A stretch of 64,000 nt of DNA from Candidatus Bathyarchaeota archaeon. GTDB lineage: Archaea; Thermoproteota; Bathyarchaeia; Bathyarchaeales; Bathycorpusculaceae. Location: the NCBI GenBank assembly GCA_963717465.1, contig OY970340.1, positions 296,366 to 360,365 on the forward strand. Reading direction: 5' to 3'. Below the pieces are notes generated by a model. That model did not search any database. It saw nothing but the letters and a program-made list of their open reading frames with translations, and was not told the origin of the DNA. Position 1 is the first letter of the stretch. Every line of letters starts with the position of its first letter. The position numbers and the translations under genes were made by a program. Below, one piece after another: positions 10,209 through 19,956 of the stretch.

Positions 10209-10368
10209 ATTTATATCTTGTTGTCTCTGGTGTCGATAAATTTGTATTTTTCATTAACAATTGGTTAAAAACATGACAATAGAGTGAAAATTCGTCAATT
10301 ATATCTCAATATGCTATTCTAGAATGTTTGAAATTGGTGTAAAAATTTTTTTGAACGCGAATTAACCA

Positions 10369-10836
10369 TTAACCGTCGAATGCCTTGTAAATGTCTGGAT
10401 ACTGTTTTATTAATACTAGATTAATTCTCACTACATTGACGTACGGGTTCCCGAAAATCCAAAATGTCCCTTCCTGATTCTCATTCACTATGTTATTTAA
10501 TTCGTCGGTTGAGATTCCTGTGGCGTTGCTTATTCTGGGAACTTGTGAATATGCGTCCTGCAGTGTGATGTCTGGGTCTACACCTGATGCTGACGGCGAT
10601 GCTGTTTCGTTTCTCGGCTGAAAGAAAAGAGGAGATGTGAAATTTTGTACTATTAGATTTGATCCAACCGATTGCCCGTTGAGTTGAACTATTTCACCGT
10701 TAGCTTGGTAAGGGAAAAAAGCTTGACCTATACCTGTGATGAAAATTGGGTAAAAAATGCCGCAAATCAAGAATGAAGCCACTGTTATTCCTATAATAGG
10801 TTTGAAGTTCCATTTTTCTTTTTGCTGTTTCGTCAT
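10369..10836 (-). CDS. kdpC: K+-transporting ATPase subunit C
   Basis: N-terminal TM with YP, FPYQANG, SASGVDPDI, VNVVRINL. Confidence 0.92.
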   Translation of the reverse strand: MTKQQKEKWNFKPIIGITVASFLICGIFYPIFITGIGQAFFPYQANGEIVQLNGQSVGSNLIVQNFTSPLFFQPRNETASPSASGVDPDITLQDAYSQVPRISNATGISTDELNNIVNENQEGTFWIFGNPYVNVVRINLVLIKQYPDIYKAFDG

Positions 10837-10848
10837 GTTTGCATTCCT

Positions 10849-13026
10849 CTAAATGTGAAATACTCCGACTAAGAGCATGTCAATTAGTTTAATGCCTATA
10901 AATGGCACAATTATCCCGCCTACACCGTAAATTAAAGTGTTCTTAAGGAAAAGCGTCATTGTACTGGTTGGTTTAAAGGCGACACCTCGCATAGCAAGCG
11001 GAATTAACAGTGGAATTATTATCGCGTTGAATATGAGTGCAGACAACACAGCACTTTTAACACCTAACTGCAGTATGTTTAAGGCACCCAGTTCTGGCAA
11101 AGTAGCGGCGAAAATAACAGGCATTATTGCAAAGTACTTTGATACATCATTGGCGATGCTGAAAGCGGTGACTGCGCCCCGGGTCATTAACAGTTGTTTT
11201 CCAAGCATAACAACTTCGATTATTTTGGCTGGGTTAGATTCCAAGTCAACCATGTTAGCTGCCTCCTTAGCCGCCTCAGTACCAGAATTCATCGCCAAAC
11301 CAACATCAGCAACACTAAGCGCAGGAGCATCATTAGTCCCATCCCCAATCATAGCAACAATCCTATTCTCAGCCTGCTCCCGCTTAGCTATTTTGTACTT
11401 GTCTTCAGGCTTAGCTTGAGCAACATACTCGTCGATTCCAACCTCAGTGGCAATACTTCTTGCCGTAAATGGTTGATCGCCTGTAATCATTACAGGGCGG
11501 ATTCCCATAACTTTAAGGGCTTGTATCTTTTCCCTGATGCCTTCCTTGAGAACATCTTTTAACCTGATTATTCCTATAGGTACGCCGTTTCTTGCGACGG
11601 CTATTGGAGTTTCTCCAGCCGCGGAAACACCGTCTACAACTAAATCGTAATTTTTTGGAATGCTTGTCGATAGGCTTTTAATCGATTCTGGAGCGCCTTT
11701 CATTATTTCCAGTTCTGATTCTTGAGGTGTAGCTCGCTCTTCCCAGGTTAATAACGCGGTTTTTCGTCGAATTCGTGTTCTTTCGCCCATCGCTTTGCCG
11801 CCTTTAGGCAGTACGAGCCCCATTTGTGTTATTTTCACTCCGCTTGTTCGGGTGACAGCAGAGAACGGATATTTTTCGCAAGCTGCAAGAGAGTTTAGCT
11901 CTTTTGGCACGAACCCTTTCTCGTAAGCGAGCTTGAGGATGCTTCTTCCTTCAGGAGTGTCATCATGCCATGACGACAGGAAAGCAGCCTCACCCACATC
12001 CTCTTCCGTAAAGCGATCAAACGCGATAAATTCTATGGCTTGTCTATTGCCGACTGTAATTGTTCCTGTCTTATCAAGCAGCACTACGTCTGCATCTCCT
12101 GAAGTCTCTATAGCTCTACCTGATTTTGCGATTATTTTGCTCTTATAGAGGCGGGACATGCCCGAGAGGCCGATGGCTGGCAAAAGCGCGCCTATTGTTG
12201 TTGGAAGAAGGCAAACGTAGAGGGCTATAAGCACTGACAGGTCCGCTCCAAGACCAAGAGTCATTGACGTGCCAAGAAGTGCAAGTATGATTATGGTAAA
12301 TATAGCGGTTAAACCAATCAGAACTATTGTTATCGCAACTTCGTTAGGAGTCTTTGGCCGCTTTGAAGACTCCACCATCTTTATCATTTGATCGATGAAG
12401 GTTTCACCAGGATTAGTAGTAACTTTAGCTGTCAGGGTGTCGCTGACAACTTTTGAGCCTCCAATAAGAGAATCCCCAGGCGCCTTCCTAACAGGAGCTG
12501 ACTCACCAGTAACAAGCGACTCATCAACCATCGCAATCCCCTCAATAACATCAGCATCCAAAGGAACCACATCACCAGCCTCAATCTGAACCAGGTCGCC
12601 CCTTTTCAGCTCAGTTGATTTAACAGTCACAATCTTTCTCATCCATTCATCGGTAACTATTTTTTTACTTGACACCTCCATCTCCAGCTTCCTCAGACTC
12701 CCAGCAGTACTCTTCGCCTGCTGCTCAGCCAACGCATCAGACAAAGTACTGAACCAAACCGTAATCAGCAAGATGACAGCAACTTCCACATAGAAAACTT
12801 GCATGCTTGGGCTAGCTACAGGCACGAACGCTTGGGGAACTATGGCCATGGCGGCAACTATGAAGAAGGTGACTTCAACAATGAACATCACTGGATTTTT
12901 AAGCAACGATTTAGGGTTCAGGCGAACGACTGAGTCAACGAGTACTTTCCCAGATAAAGCAGACCTTAACCCGCCGGGCGTTGATTCTTTGGTTTTCTTT
13001 GAGTCTGCAGGTTTTACATTAGCCAA
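10849..13026 (-). CDS. kdpB: K+-transporting ATPase subunit B (P-type ATPase)
   Basis: KNPVMF, TGESAPV, DKTGTIT, GDGTNDAPAL, TRGAVTAFSIANDVSKYF. Confidence 0.96.
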   Translation of the reverse strand: MANVKPADSKKTKESTPGGLRSALSGKVLVDSVVRLNPKSLLKNPVMFIVEVTFFIVAAMAIVPQAFVPVASPSMQVFYVEVAVILLITVWFSTLSDALAEQQAKSTAGSLRKLEMEVSSKKIVTDEWMRKIVTVKSTELKRGDLVQIEAGDVVPLDADVIEGIAMVDESLVTGESAPVRKAPGDSLIGGSKVVSDTLTAKVTTNPGETFIDQMIKMVESSKRPKTPNEVAITIVLIGLTAIFTIIILALLGTSMTLGLGADLSVLIALYVCLLPTTIGALLPAIGLSGMSRLYKSKIIAKSGRAIETSGDADVVLLDKTGTITVGNRQAIEFIAFDRFTEEDVGEAAFLSSWHDDTPEGRSILKLAYEKGFVPKELNSLAACEKYPFSAVTRTSGVKITQMGLVLPKGGKAMGERTRIRRKTALLTWEERATPQESELEIMKGAPESIKSLSTSIPKNYDLVVDGVSAAGETPIAVARNGVPIGIIRLKDVLKEGIREKIQALKVMGIRPVMITGDQPFTARSIATEVGIDEYVAQAKPEDKYKIAKREQAENRIVAMIGDGTNDAPALSVADVGLAMNSGTEAAKEAANMVDLESNPAKIIEVVMLGKQLLMTRGAVTAFSIANDVSKYFAIMPVIFAATLPELGALNILQLGVKSAVLSALIFNAIIIPLLIPLAMRGVAFKPTSTMTLFLKNTLIYGVGGIIVPFIGIKLIDMLLVGVFHI

Positions 13027-14680
13027 AGCTGTTCACCAACCCTTTGAAAAATGATGCTATTGGTCCGATTGCTAGGAACGGGAAGAACGTTAACACGACC
13101 AATATGAGAATGCTGGCAATTAGGACCAAGGTGAATACAAATGTGTCGGTCTTGAGACCTGATGTTGTTCCTCCGCGTTTTCTGCCAATCATTGACCCTG
13201 AAAGCGCCATCAGTATGGCTATAGGTGCGTATCGTCCGACGAGCATTACTATGGCAGTGGCTATGTTAAAGAATGGAGTGTTCGCTTGGGCGCCAAGAAA
13301 GTCTGAACCATTGTTGGCGGCGGCGCTTGTGAATTCATAGAGGATTTCTGTATAGCCTATTGAATTTCCACTCACTCCAATTGCGCTTGCAGCACCACTA
13401 GCGTAAGCAACGACAGTGGGCACGAGTATGATGATGGGGTGAATGAGAAAAGCAATCATCACAAGCTTCACATCTCGCCCTGTGATTTTCATGTTCAAGT
13501 ATTCAGGAGTTCTTCCAGACATTAATCCAACTATAAAGACTGTTATAATGATGAACATAACCATATACATAAGCCCAACGCCTTTGCCCCCTGGAATTGA
13601 CTGGATGAACATGCCAAAAAAGGCAGAGAGAATTGTTAAGGGATGATTACCCAAGAGACTTGAGTTCAGTGACCCTGTTGTAGCTACAGTCGTTGTAACA
13701 GTATAGAAACTGGACATAAAGCCGCCGAATCGGACTTCTATGCCTGGAGCCACTAAGGGGAGCGATGGAATAAACGCTATAACGAGATTAATGGCGTAGA
13801 GAATGTATGCGCCCCACAGGAGTGGTCTGGATTCAGATTTTTTGCCCATCATTTGACCGAAGACAAAAATTAGTGCTGTGGGAAGTAGAAGCATTAATGA
13901 AATCAAGACGAGGTCTGAAATCGGCGACGGATTCGCGAAGGGGTATGCAGCGTTTGCACCATAATATCCGCCTCCGTTAGTTCCTAACTGCATAATCGAG
14001 TCAAGTGAAGCAACTGGCCCGACAAAAAGAGTTTGCGACGCTCCTTCTATAGTGTTAACTACAGTGTAACCGCTAAGCGTTTGGGGTACGCCGAGGGAAA
14101 GAAGGATAATCGAGGCTACTGTTGTAAGCGGGAGGAAAATTCTTGTGATGGATCTGGTGAAGTCAACGTAGAAGTTGCCCATGTCTTTTGCATCAGCCAC
14201 CAGTCCCCGAATAAATGCTATACCCATGCATAAGCCGGTTATTGCTGATGTAAACATTAACCACTGTAAAACACCCATTTGACTAAGGTACGAAAATGTT
14301 GTTTCGCCACTGTAATGCTGCAGATCAGTGTTTGTTACAAAAGATACCGCTTGCATAAAGGCTAAGTCTGGACTTAAACCAGGAAAATGCATGGGATTAA
14401 GCGGCAAATAACCCTGGAAAACCATTATCAGAAAGCTGATAACAAGCATTACAATGTTTACTAGTAAACCTGAGAGGAAGTACTGTTTCCAACCCATCGT
14501 CTGCTCGGCGTTTACGCCAGTGATTTTGTAAAGAAAGTTTTCGATGGGATTAAAAATTTTGTCTAGGCGGCTTGGTTTCCGCTTAAAGACCCCTGTGATA
14601 TAGGGCGCAATCAGCCAAGCTAAAAGCACGGTTACGCCAATAGTAAGAATGACTGTTAGAGCCTGACCCGCATCTATCAA
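13019..14680 (-). CDS. kdpA: K+-transporting ATPase subunit A
   Basis: SFVTNTDLQHYSGE, LGTNGGG, GRTPEYL, SAAANNGS filter motifs. Confidence 0.96.
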   Translation of the reverse strand: MIDAGQALTVILTIGVTVLLAWLIAPYITGVFKRKPSRLDKIFNPIENFLYKITGVNAEQTMGWKQYFLSGLLVNIVMLVISFLIMVFQGYLPLNPMHFPGLSPDLAFMQAVSFVTNTDLQHYSGETTFSYLSQMGVLQWLMFTSAITGLCMGIAFIRGLVADAKDMGNFYVDFTRSITRIFLPLTTVASIILLSLGVPQTLSGYTVVNTIEGASQTLFVGPVASLDSIMQLGTNGGGYYGANAAYPFANPSPISDLVLISLMLLLPTALIFVFGQMMGKKSESRPLLWGAYILYAINLVIAFIPSLPLVAPGIEVRFGGFMSSFYTVTTTVATTGSLNSSLLGNHPLTILSAFFGMFIQSIPGGKGVGLMYMVMFIIITVFIVGLMSGRTPEYLNMKITGRDVKLVMIAFLIHPIIILVPTVVAYASGAASAIGVSGNSIGYTEILYEFTSAAANNGSDFLGAQANTPFFNIATAIVMLVGRYAPIAILMALSGSMIGRKRGGTTSGLKTDTFVFTLVLIASILILVVLTFFPFLAIGPIASFFKGLVNSFG

Positions 14681-14886
14681 TTATTTCAAAACTCCAAGGC
14701 GCATTTACGTTCACTATGGCTCCTACCTTAAATGAGTACCTGATTATCAGTTGTTCTTCCAAAACACCTATGTCTCTTATAAGGATTCAGGAAAGTCTTG
14801 TTTACAGTTAAATTGCACCGATTAATTTTATCGAAACGTCTAAGAACAGCTGTTTTCACCATGCTTTCATTCCCAGCGGAGATGCT

Positions 14887-15174
14887 TTAGCAAATTGCTT
14901 TATCTTTGCACCTGCGTCCTTTATGTGGTTGCAACACAATCGTGCTTATAGTACTTTTTACTCCGTCTATTTTCATAATATGCTTTTGCAAAATATCCCT
15001 AAATTCTTCCAGCGTAGAAGTGCTAACCAACGTTACAATATCATATTCGCCTGCAACTTCGTAGACTTCCTCGATACTCTCAAGTTTGGACAAGGCTGCA
15101 ACTACACTATCTATTTGTGTGGATTCAGCAAAAATATTAACCGATGCTAAAAGGCGTTGCATACAAAGTCCCAT
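14887..15174 (-). CDS. stand-alone Lrp/AsnC ligand-binding (RAM) domain protein
   Basis: VYEVAGEYDIV...GVKSTISTIVL; close paralog of 9912-10208. Confidence 0.85.
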   Translation of the reverse strand: MGLCMQRLLASVNIFAESTQIDSVVAALSKLESIEEVYEVAGEYDIVTLVSTSTLEEFRDILQKHIMKIDGVKSTISTIVLQPHKGRRCKDKAIC

Positions 15175-15327
15175 CTTATTATTTTGATATTAGGCCATCG
15201 AAATGGCAAAATATAGGTAAAGAACATTGATTCATCGTGGAATCTTTTTTAGTAAAGTGCATCCCGAAACCTTCTCATGATTCTCATAGGAACATAAACT
15301 CGTTTATATAAGGTTGGTTATGATTTG

Positions 15328-15344
15328 TTCATAATTATTATGAA
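15328..15344. promoter_or_regulatory. palindromic operator (site B)
   Basis: TTCATAATTATTATGAA, about 15 bp upstream of a minus-strand TATA box (15303-15312). Confidence 0.75.
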
Positions 15345-15461
15345 AAGTTAGAAAAACATCCTTAATTTTCGAAATAGGTTCAACATTTGCTCAACATATA
15401 GCTAAAATTAAAAAACAAATATAAAATAAAACCTTAATAAACAAGAATGAAACATCAATAT

Positions 15462-15818
15462 TCAAAGAGCTTGTTTACACGCATCTTCTTTTACAACGTT
15501 TAAAGTAGCAAGGGTTAGAGTTGTTTTAATGAAACGAACTGATAAAAGTTCTTTAAAAAAAATGTTAAGGCTGTAGTCATCCTTGAACCTAGTAAACACT
15601 GCAATGTCGAAATCCCCGGTTATCTCATATACGCAGAAAACATTCTGGTAACTAGCGATCTTTTTTTCAACCTCAGCAAGATGCTTTCCCTCAACTTGAA
15701 TTAGTAACATTAGGGTTAAATCGTCACCAGGTTTAACTGAACCAATTACCCCAACGTAATCTGTTGAAACATCGCGCTTGTTTGTTGCAGCAAAGGCTAA
15801 CCTATTTTTTTGTGCCAT
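15462..15818 (-). CDS. Lrp/AsnC ligand-binding domain protein lacking an HTH
   Basis: VYEITGDFDIAV...TTLTLATLNVVKE; directly downstream of glnA. Confidence 0.8.
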   Translation of the reverse strand: MAQKNRLAFAATNKRDVSTDYVGVIGSVKPGDDLTLMLLIQVEGKHLAEVEKKIASYQNVFCVYEITGDFDIAVFTRFKDDYSLNIFFKELLSVRFIKTTLTLATLNVVKEDACKQAL

Positions 15819-15846
15819 CCAAACCTCACTTTTGGGACAGCCCGGT

Positions 15847-17313
15847 TTAGTAATCGAGGTATTTCATGATCTCCCATGGTGAAACGTAGAGACAGTACTG
15901 ATTCCAATCGTTAGTCTTAAGGTCCACAAAGGCATCAAATATGTGGCTTCCAAGTGCACGTTGAAGTACTTCGTCGCTTTTCAGTTCTTCAAGAGCAGCC
16001 TTTAACGTTGTAGGAAGTTCTTTGATTCCAAGGGACTTGCGCTTTTGAGAAGAGAGCTTGTAGACGTCTTCGTCGACTGGATTTCCAGGGTCAATCTTTT
16101 TCTTCACGCCGTCAAGCCCTGCCATTAGCAGACATGAGAACGCCAAGTAGGGATTGCAGGAAGGGTCAACTCCTCGGTACTCCACTCTTTTTTGGGCAGC
16201 AAACTCTTTACCCTTATAGTACAATGGTATGCGAGCTAGTGCAGATCTGTTTCGTCTTGACCACATGACATAAATTGGTGCTTCAAAACCGGGTACAAGC
16301 CGTTTGTATGAGCTTATCGTTGGGCAGCAAATTGCAGTTAAAGCCCTTGCGTGTTCCAATAGGCCGCCTAAGTAGTATCGTCCAGCTTGGCTTAATTCAG
16401 CGTAATTGTCGCTTTCATCGTACATGGCGTTTTTCCCTTTAGACCAAATTGACTGGTGAACATGCATTCCACTTGCATTGTCCAAGTAAACAGGCTTTGG
16501 CATGAAAGTTGCAATTAAACCGTATTTGTGAGCAATGTTCTTTGCAACAAATTTATAGTATAACGCTCTGTCTGCGGTTTCTATTAGCGGACCGTATTTG
16601 TAGTCGATTTCCACTTGACCGACAGTAGCAACTTCATGGTGATGCTTTTCAATGGTTAATCCAAAATTATCCTCCAGCACTTGCGATGTTTCGTTACGGA
16701 AAGCAACTGTCGTATCTTCTGGTGGCGTTCTGTAATAGGCTTCCTTTGGCCTCATGACGTAACTACCAGGGGTTGTTTCTGGTGACTGAGGCACTACTCT
16801 TGGAGCGCCCCATGAATCACCTTCTCCGCCTCTTGGACTTACCCAAAGATCCCATACGAGCTTAGTTGGGTCAATAGATGAAAAGACAAAGAACTCCAAT
16901 TCTGGAGCGAAGTATCCAGTATAGCCCATTGCTGAAGCTTCTGCTACTGCTCTTTTGGCTACGTAACTCCGAGGGTCGACAACTGATGGTTCTTTTCCTC
17001 CGTAAGCTTCATAGACATCTCCCAGCACTATGGCGCTTTTCTGTTTTTCATCATTAATCCAGGGCATTATCGATAAGGTTTGAGCGTCAGGCATGAAAAT
17101 CATGTCTGATTCTTCGATCGATTTGAAACCTCTGACAGAAGAACCGTCAAAGCCTATTCCGGCAGTGAATGCTTCGCCACTAAGATAGTCTCTCGCGGGA
17201 AGCACCATGTCCTGCAATATTCCGCGTATGTCAACGAAAGCTGAATGTACCCACCTTACGTTGTTGGCTTTCAGGCTCCCTATTGCTTTTTGTATGGAGT
17301 CGTTTTTTTCCAT
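15847..17313 (-). CDS. glnA: glutamine synthetase type I
   Basis: FDGSSVRGF, HHHEVA, TFMPKP, NASGMHVHQS, KRLVPGFEAP, NRSALARIP. Confidence 0.97.
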   Translation of the reverse strand: MEKNDSIQKAIGSLKANNVRWVHSAFVDIRGILQDMVLPARDYLSGEAFTAGIGFDGSSVRGFKSIEESDMIFMPDAQTLSIMPWINDEKQKSAIVLGDVYEAYGGKEPSVVDPRSYVAKRAVAEASAMGYTGYFAPELEFFVFSSIDPTKLVWDLWVSPRGGEGDSWGAPRVVPQSPETTPGSYVMRPKEAYYRTPPEDTTVAFRNETSQVLEDNFGLTIEKHHHEVATVGQVEIDYKYGPLIETADRALYYKFVAKNIAHKYGLIATFMPKPVYLDNASGMHVHQSIWSKGKNAMYDESDNYAELSQAGRYYLGGLLEHARALTAICCPTISSYKRLVPGFEAPIYVMWSRRNRSALARIPLYYKGKEFAAQKRVEYRGVDPSCNPYLAFSCLLMAGLDGVKKKIDPGNPVDEDVYKLSSQKRKSLGIKELPTTLKAALEELKSDEVLQRALGSHIFDAFVDLKTNDWNQYCLYVSPWEIMKYLDY

Positions 17314-17383
17314 TATATTTTCACCATTTAAAGATCTTATCTATCAATTCGAACAATTCTAATTTAAATGTAGTTAAGATTTG

Positions 17384-17400
17384 TTCATACATTTTATGAA
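17384..17400. promoter_or_regulatory. palindromic operator (site C) in the glnA promoter
   Basis: TTCATACATTTTATGAA upstream of a TTTAAATT TATA box; extra half-site ATGAACAAAT at about 17435-17444. Confidence 0.75.
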
Positions 17401-17652
17401 ATAATAGAAATATTTTTAAATAAATTTTATAATCATGAACAAATGAAGTCTATAACAAAGTTATAATGCTCAAATCAATAACCAGCTGGAATGGAGGATA
17501 TTTAGCACTTAATAGTTTTAGATGAACCATAACTGTCTAACTAGTCAAAATTCAAGCAAATCGACTTTAATCTGAAAAAGATTGAATTTTCTTAAAAAAA
17601 GAAAAGATTAATCTTAGCGGGTTAGGTAGTAGCTGCCAGTTTTTCTGAGCTG

Positions 17653-19155
17653 TCAGGATTCTTTGCCGCCTGGGTAGGGGAAGATGCGTGATTCTTTGGT
17701 TCTTGAGTTCAGGAGGAAGTATCCAAGTCCTATAGTCATCCACAGGGCAACTACTCCTACTGCAATTAAACACGCTAGCTGCGTGGATCCTCCACCCATT
17801 ACAGCTAGCCATATCACCGCAATTAGCATGATTACGTTAGCTGCTAAGCCTGCAATTGGGACTACGTATTTTGTAAGAATTGAACGTCTTTCTCTTGACA
17901 GCGCGTATACTGCGATGAGGCATGTTACACCGTAAAGCAGGAACGTTCCAAAGTTGCATAAGTATGTGATAGCACTCAAGTTCGTTAGCGATAGTACACC
18001 AAATGTGCCTATGCCGGCTGTAACAAGAGTTAGCACCCATACGCCAATAGCAGGAGTCCCAAATCTTAAGTTAAGTTTTCCGAGCGGTTCAGGTACCTCG
18101 GAGTCTCGACTGATTGCGTAAGTCACTCTTACTCCAGTGTTCATGCATGACAGCGTTGTACCAAGTATTGCTGCAGCAACTACCGCAGCTACGACGATCA
18201 TAACAACGAAGCCTCCGCCGCCAAATAAGCCATTAACCGATTGCATTATCATATCACCTAGAGGCGAGTTAGAAGCGGCTGCTGCTGCAAATGTGTATTT
18301 TGAGTTGATCCAGTATTGCATGCCGAAGTATTCGAGTAGATAGCAGAACGCCCCTTGTATGATGAGCGAGAGAATGATCGCTTTTGGGACATCTTTGGGG
18401 TTTTTTGCTTCTGAGCCCAATGCAGTAACTGATTCGAAGCCGACTAGAACGAGTATAGCTATTGTCGCCTGAAACAGCATGTGGCTTGCACTGCTTGGAA
18501 TCAGCACGCTAACAGCATTTGGGAAATAGAACGATACTTTGTCAGGGTTTAAGAAGCGATAAGCAAGAGCAATACCAGTAACGCCAATAAGCATGACGAT
18601 TTGTGCAATATTTATCATCAGGTTTGTTCTTGTTGAGCCGTTAATCCCTCTGTAAGCGATAAATCCTACTACGACGCTAAACGCAACGGCTATTGCAACT
18701 TCAGTTATCGGACTAATCGCGATGCCTACTGTTGAGAGGATGTATGTTATGAAAAAACCCATCATTGCAACCATGACACCGGGATAGACCCAGTAGTATA
18801 AGTGTGAAAGCCAACCGATGATGAACTTTGCGTTTCTGGCTGTTTTGTTGCTGCTACCCTTGTCAAGCAAAGCTCGCTGAGCAAAGTAGTAAGAGCTGCC
18901 TGCACCAGCATCTGGATACCGACGGGACAGCCATGAATATGAAGCGGCGGTTAAGAAAGCTAATATCAGCGCTAAAAACAAACCTGACCATATGTCAGGA
19001 GCAGTGGAGACGCCTGAAGGGTCAACTTGAGCAGCCTGTATTTCGTAAGTTAGCCATAGGAAAGCTCCCGGCGCTATCAGCGCCATCGCGTTAATAGTTA
19101 ACCCCGTGAGGCTTAATGACTTCTTCATCTGGGGTGAGCTTTGATCACTTGCCAT
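17653..19155 (-). CDS. APC-family amino acid permease
   Basis: About 12 TMs; LIAPGAF, AGSSYYF, LVGFESVTALGSEAKNP. Confidence 0.9.
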   Translation of the reverse strand: MASDQSSPQMKKSLSLTGLTINAMALIAPGAFLWLTYEIQAAQVDPSGVSTAPDIWSGLFLALILAFLTAASYSWLSRRYPDAGAGSSYYFAQRALLDKGSSNKTARNAKFIIGWLSHLYYWVYPGVMVAMMGFFITYILSTVGIAISPITEVAIAVAFSVVVGFIAYRGINGSTRTNLMINIAQIVMLIGVTGIALAYRFLNPDKVSFYFPNAVSVLIPSSASHMLFQATIAILVLVGFESVTALGSEAKNPKDVPKAIILSLIIQGAFCYLLEYFGMQYWINSKYTFAAAAASNSPLGDMIMQSVNGLFGGGGFVVMIVVAAVVAAAILGTTLSCMNTGVRVTYAISRDSEVPEPLGKLNLRFGTPAIGVWVLTLVTAGIGTFGVLSLTNLSAITYLCNFGTFLLYGVTCLIAVYALSRERRSILTKYVVPIAGLAANVIMLIAVIWLAVMGGGSTQLACLIAVGVVALWMTIGLGYFLLNSRTKESRIFPYPGGKES

Positions 19156-19279
19156 TTATCTTCTCCTCTGGAAAACTTTTCTTAAGCAAGTTATTGTTCT
19201 TGTTTAGTTTTTGAAATTGTATAGAATTGTTTATTTCGAATGTGAATACGCTTGTTGCTGATTTAGTTGATGCTTTCAT
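19145..19279 (-). CDS. putative 44-aa leader (upstream) ORF overlapping the permease start
   Basis: GGTGA RBS 5 nt before ATG; MKASTKSATSVFTFEINNSIQFQKLNKNNNLLKKSFPEEKINGK*. Confidence 0.4.
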   Translation of the reverse strand: MKASTKSATSVFTFEINNSIQFQKLNKNNNLLKKSFPEEKINGK

Positions 19280-19342
19280 TTCTGTCACCAATTAATTTAG
19301 CTATGTGTATGTTCAGTTAAATATAAATATAGTTAATAATTG

Positions 19343-19359
19343 TTCATAAGTATTATGAA
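19343..19359. promoter_or_regulatory. palindromic operator (site D) in the permease promoter
   Basis: TTCATAAGTATTATGAA upstream of the TATA-like TTTATATTTA on the minus strand. Confidence 0.75.
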
Positions 19360-19389
19360 AAAATGAAAAAATGTAGTATTATATGTCTT

Positions 19390-19956
19390 CTATATAGATA
19401 CTTGTCTCTTTATCGGATTGGGCTTTACTGTAACACGCAATTTAGTCAAGTTCTCTTTAATCTCTGCATTAATGCCCATGGCCGCGAAGTACGTTTCCAG
19501 AAAAATCTTGATAAAATCTTTGGTAACTTCCGACATCAAAATCAACGTAAAATCGTTGTTTGCGTTTCTTGTTAAGCGGTAGAAGTTACATGCCTCAAGC
19601 CTGAGCAAAAATTCCTCAACCCCATTTACTTTTGACCTCAACTGTTCCCAGTGAGATTTAGCAAGTTCTTTGTGTTCTTTCCAAAATTTCTCTCTGTTTG
19701 GAGAAGAAGATATGAGGTCAAGAAGCATAATCCAATGATCAATATCTAAGATTACATGCTCTCCATTAAGCAACATGTCCATGTAGGACTGAACTTTTTT
19801 CTTTACAGCAGGATCTTCGAGGGCTTTATTCTCATTGTAAAATTTTAAAGCGCGACGTACTATTTCGCTTTGAGAAACTTCAGCTTCTGAACTTATTTTT
19901 TCCAATAAATCAGCTGTCGATTTATCAAAAGCTACAGTTACTCTAATCGGATTCAA
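19390..19956 (-). CDS. CopG/ribbon-helix-helix transcriptional regulator with a C-terminal domain
   Basis: N-terminal RVTVAFD...SQSEIVRRAL RHH signature. Confidence 0.85.
   Translation of the reverse strand: MNPIRVTVAFDKSTADLLEKISSEAEVSQSEIVRRALKFYNENKALEDPAVKKKVQSYMDMLLNGEHVILDIDHWIMLLDLISSSPNREKFWKEHKELAKSHWEQLRSKVNGVEEFLLRLEACNFYRLTRNANNDFTLILMSEVTKDFIKIFLETYFAAMGINAEIKENLTKLRVTVKPNPIKRQVSI

Noticed and set aside
10937-13646. Plus-strand ORFs inside kdpAB, and similar ones inside the MCP and MVA genes
   Set aside because: They are antisense shadows of well-supported genes and carry no motifs of their own.
14681-14886. kdpF directly upstream of kdpA
   Set aside because: No short hydrophobic ORF was found in this interval.
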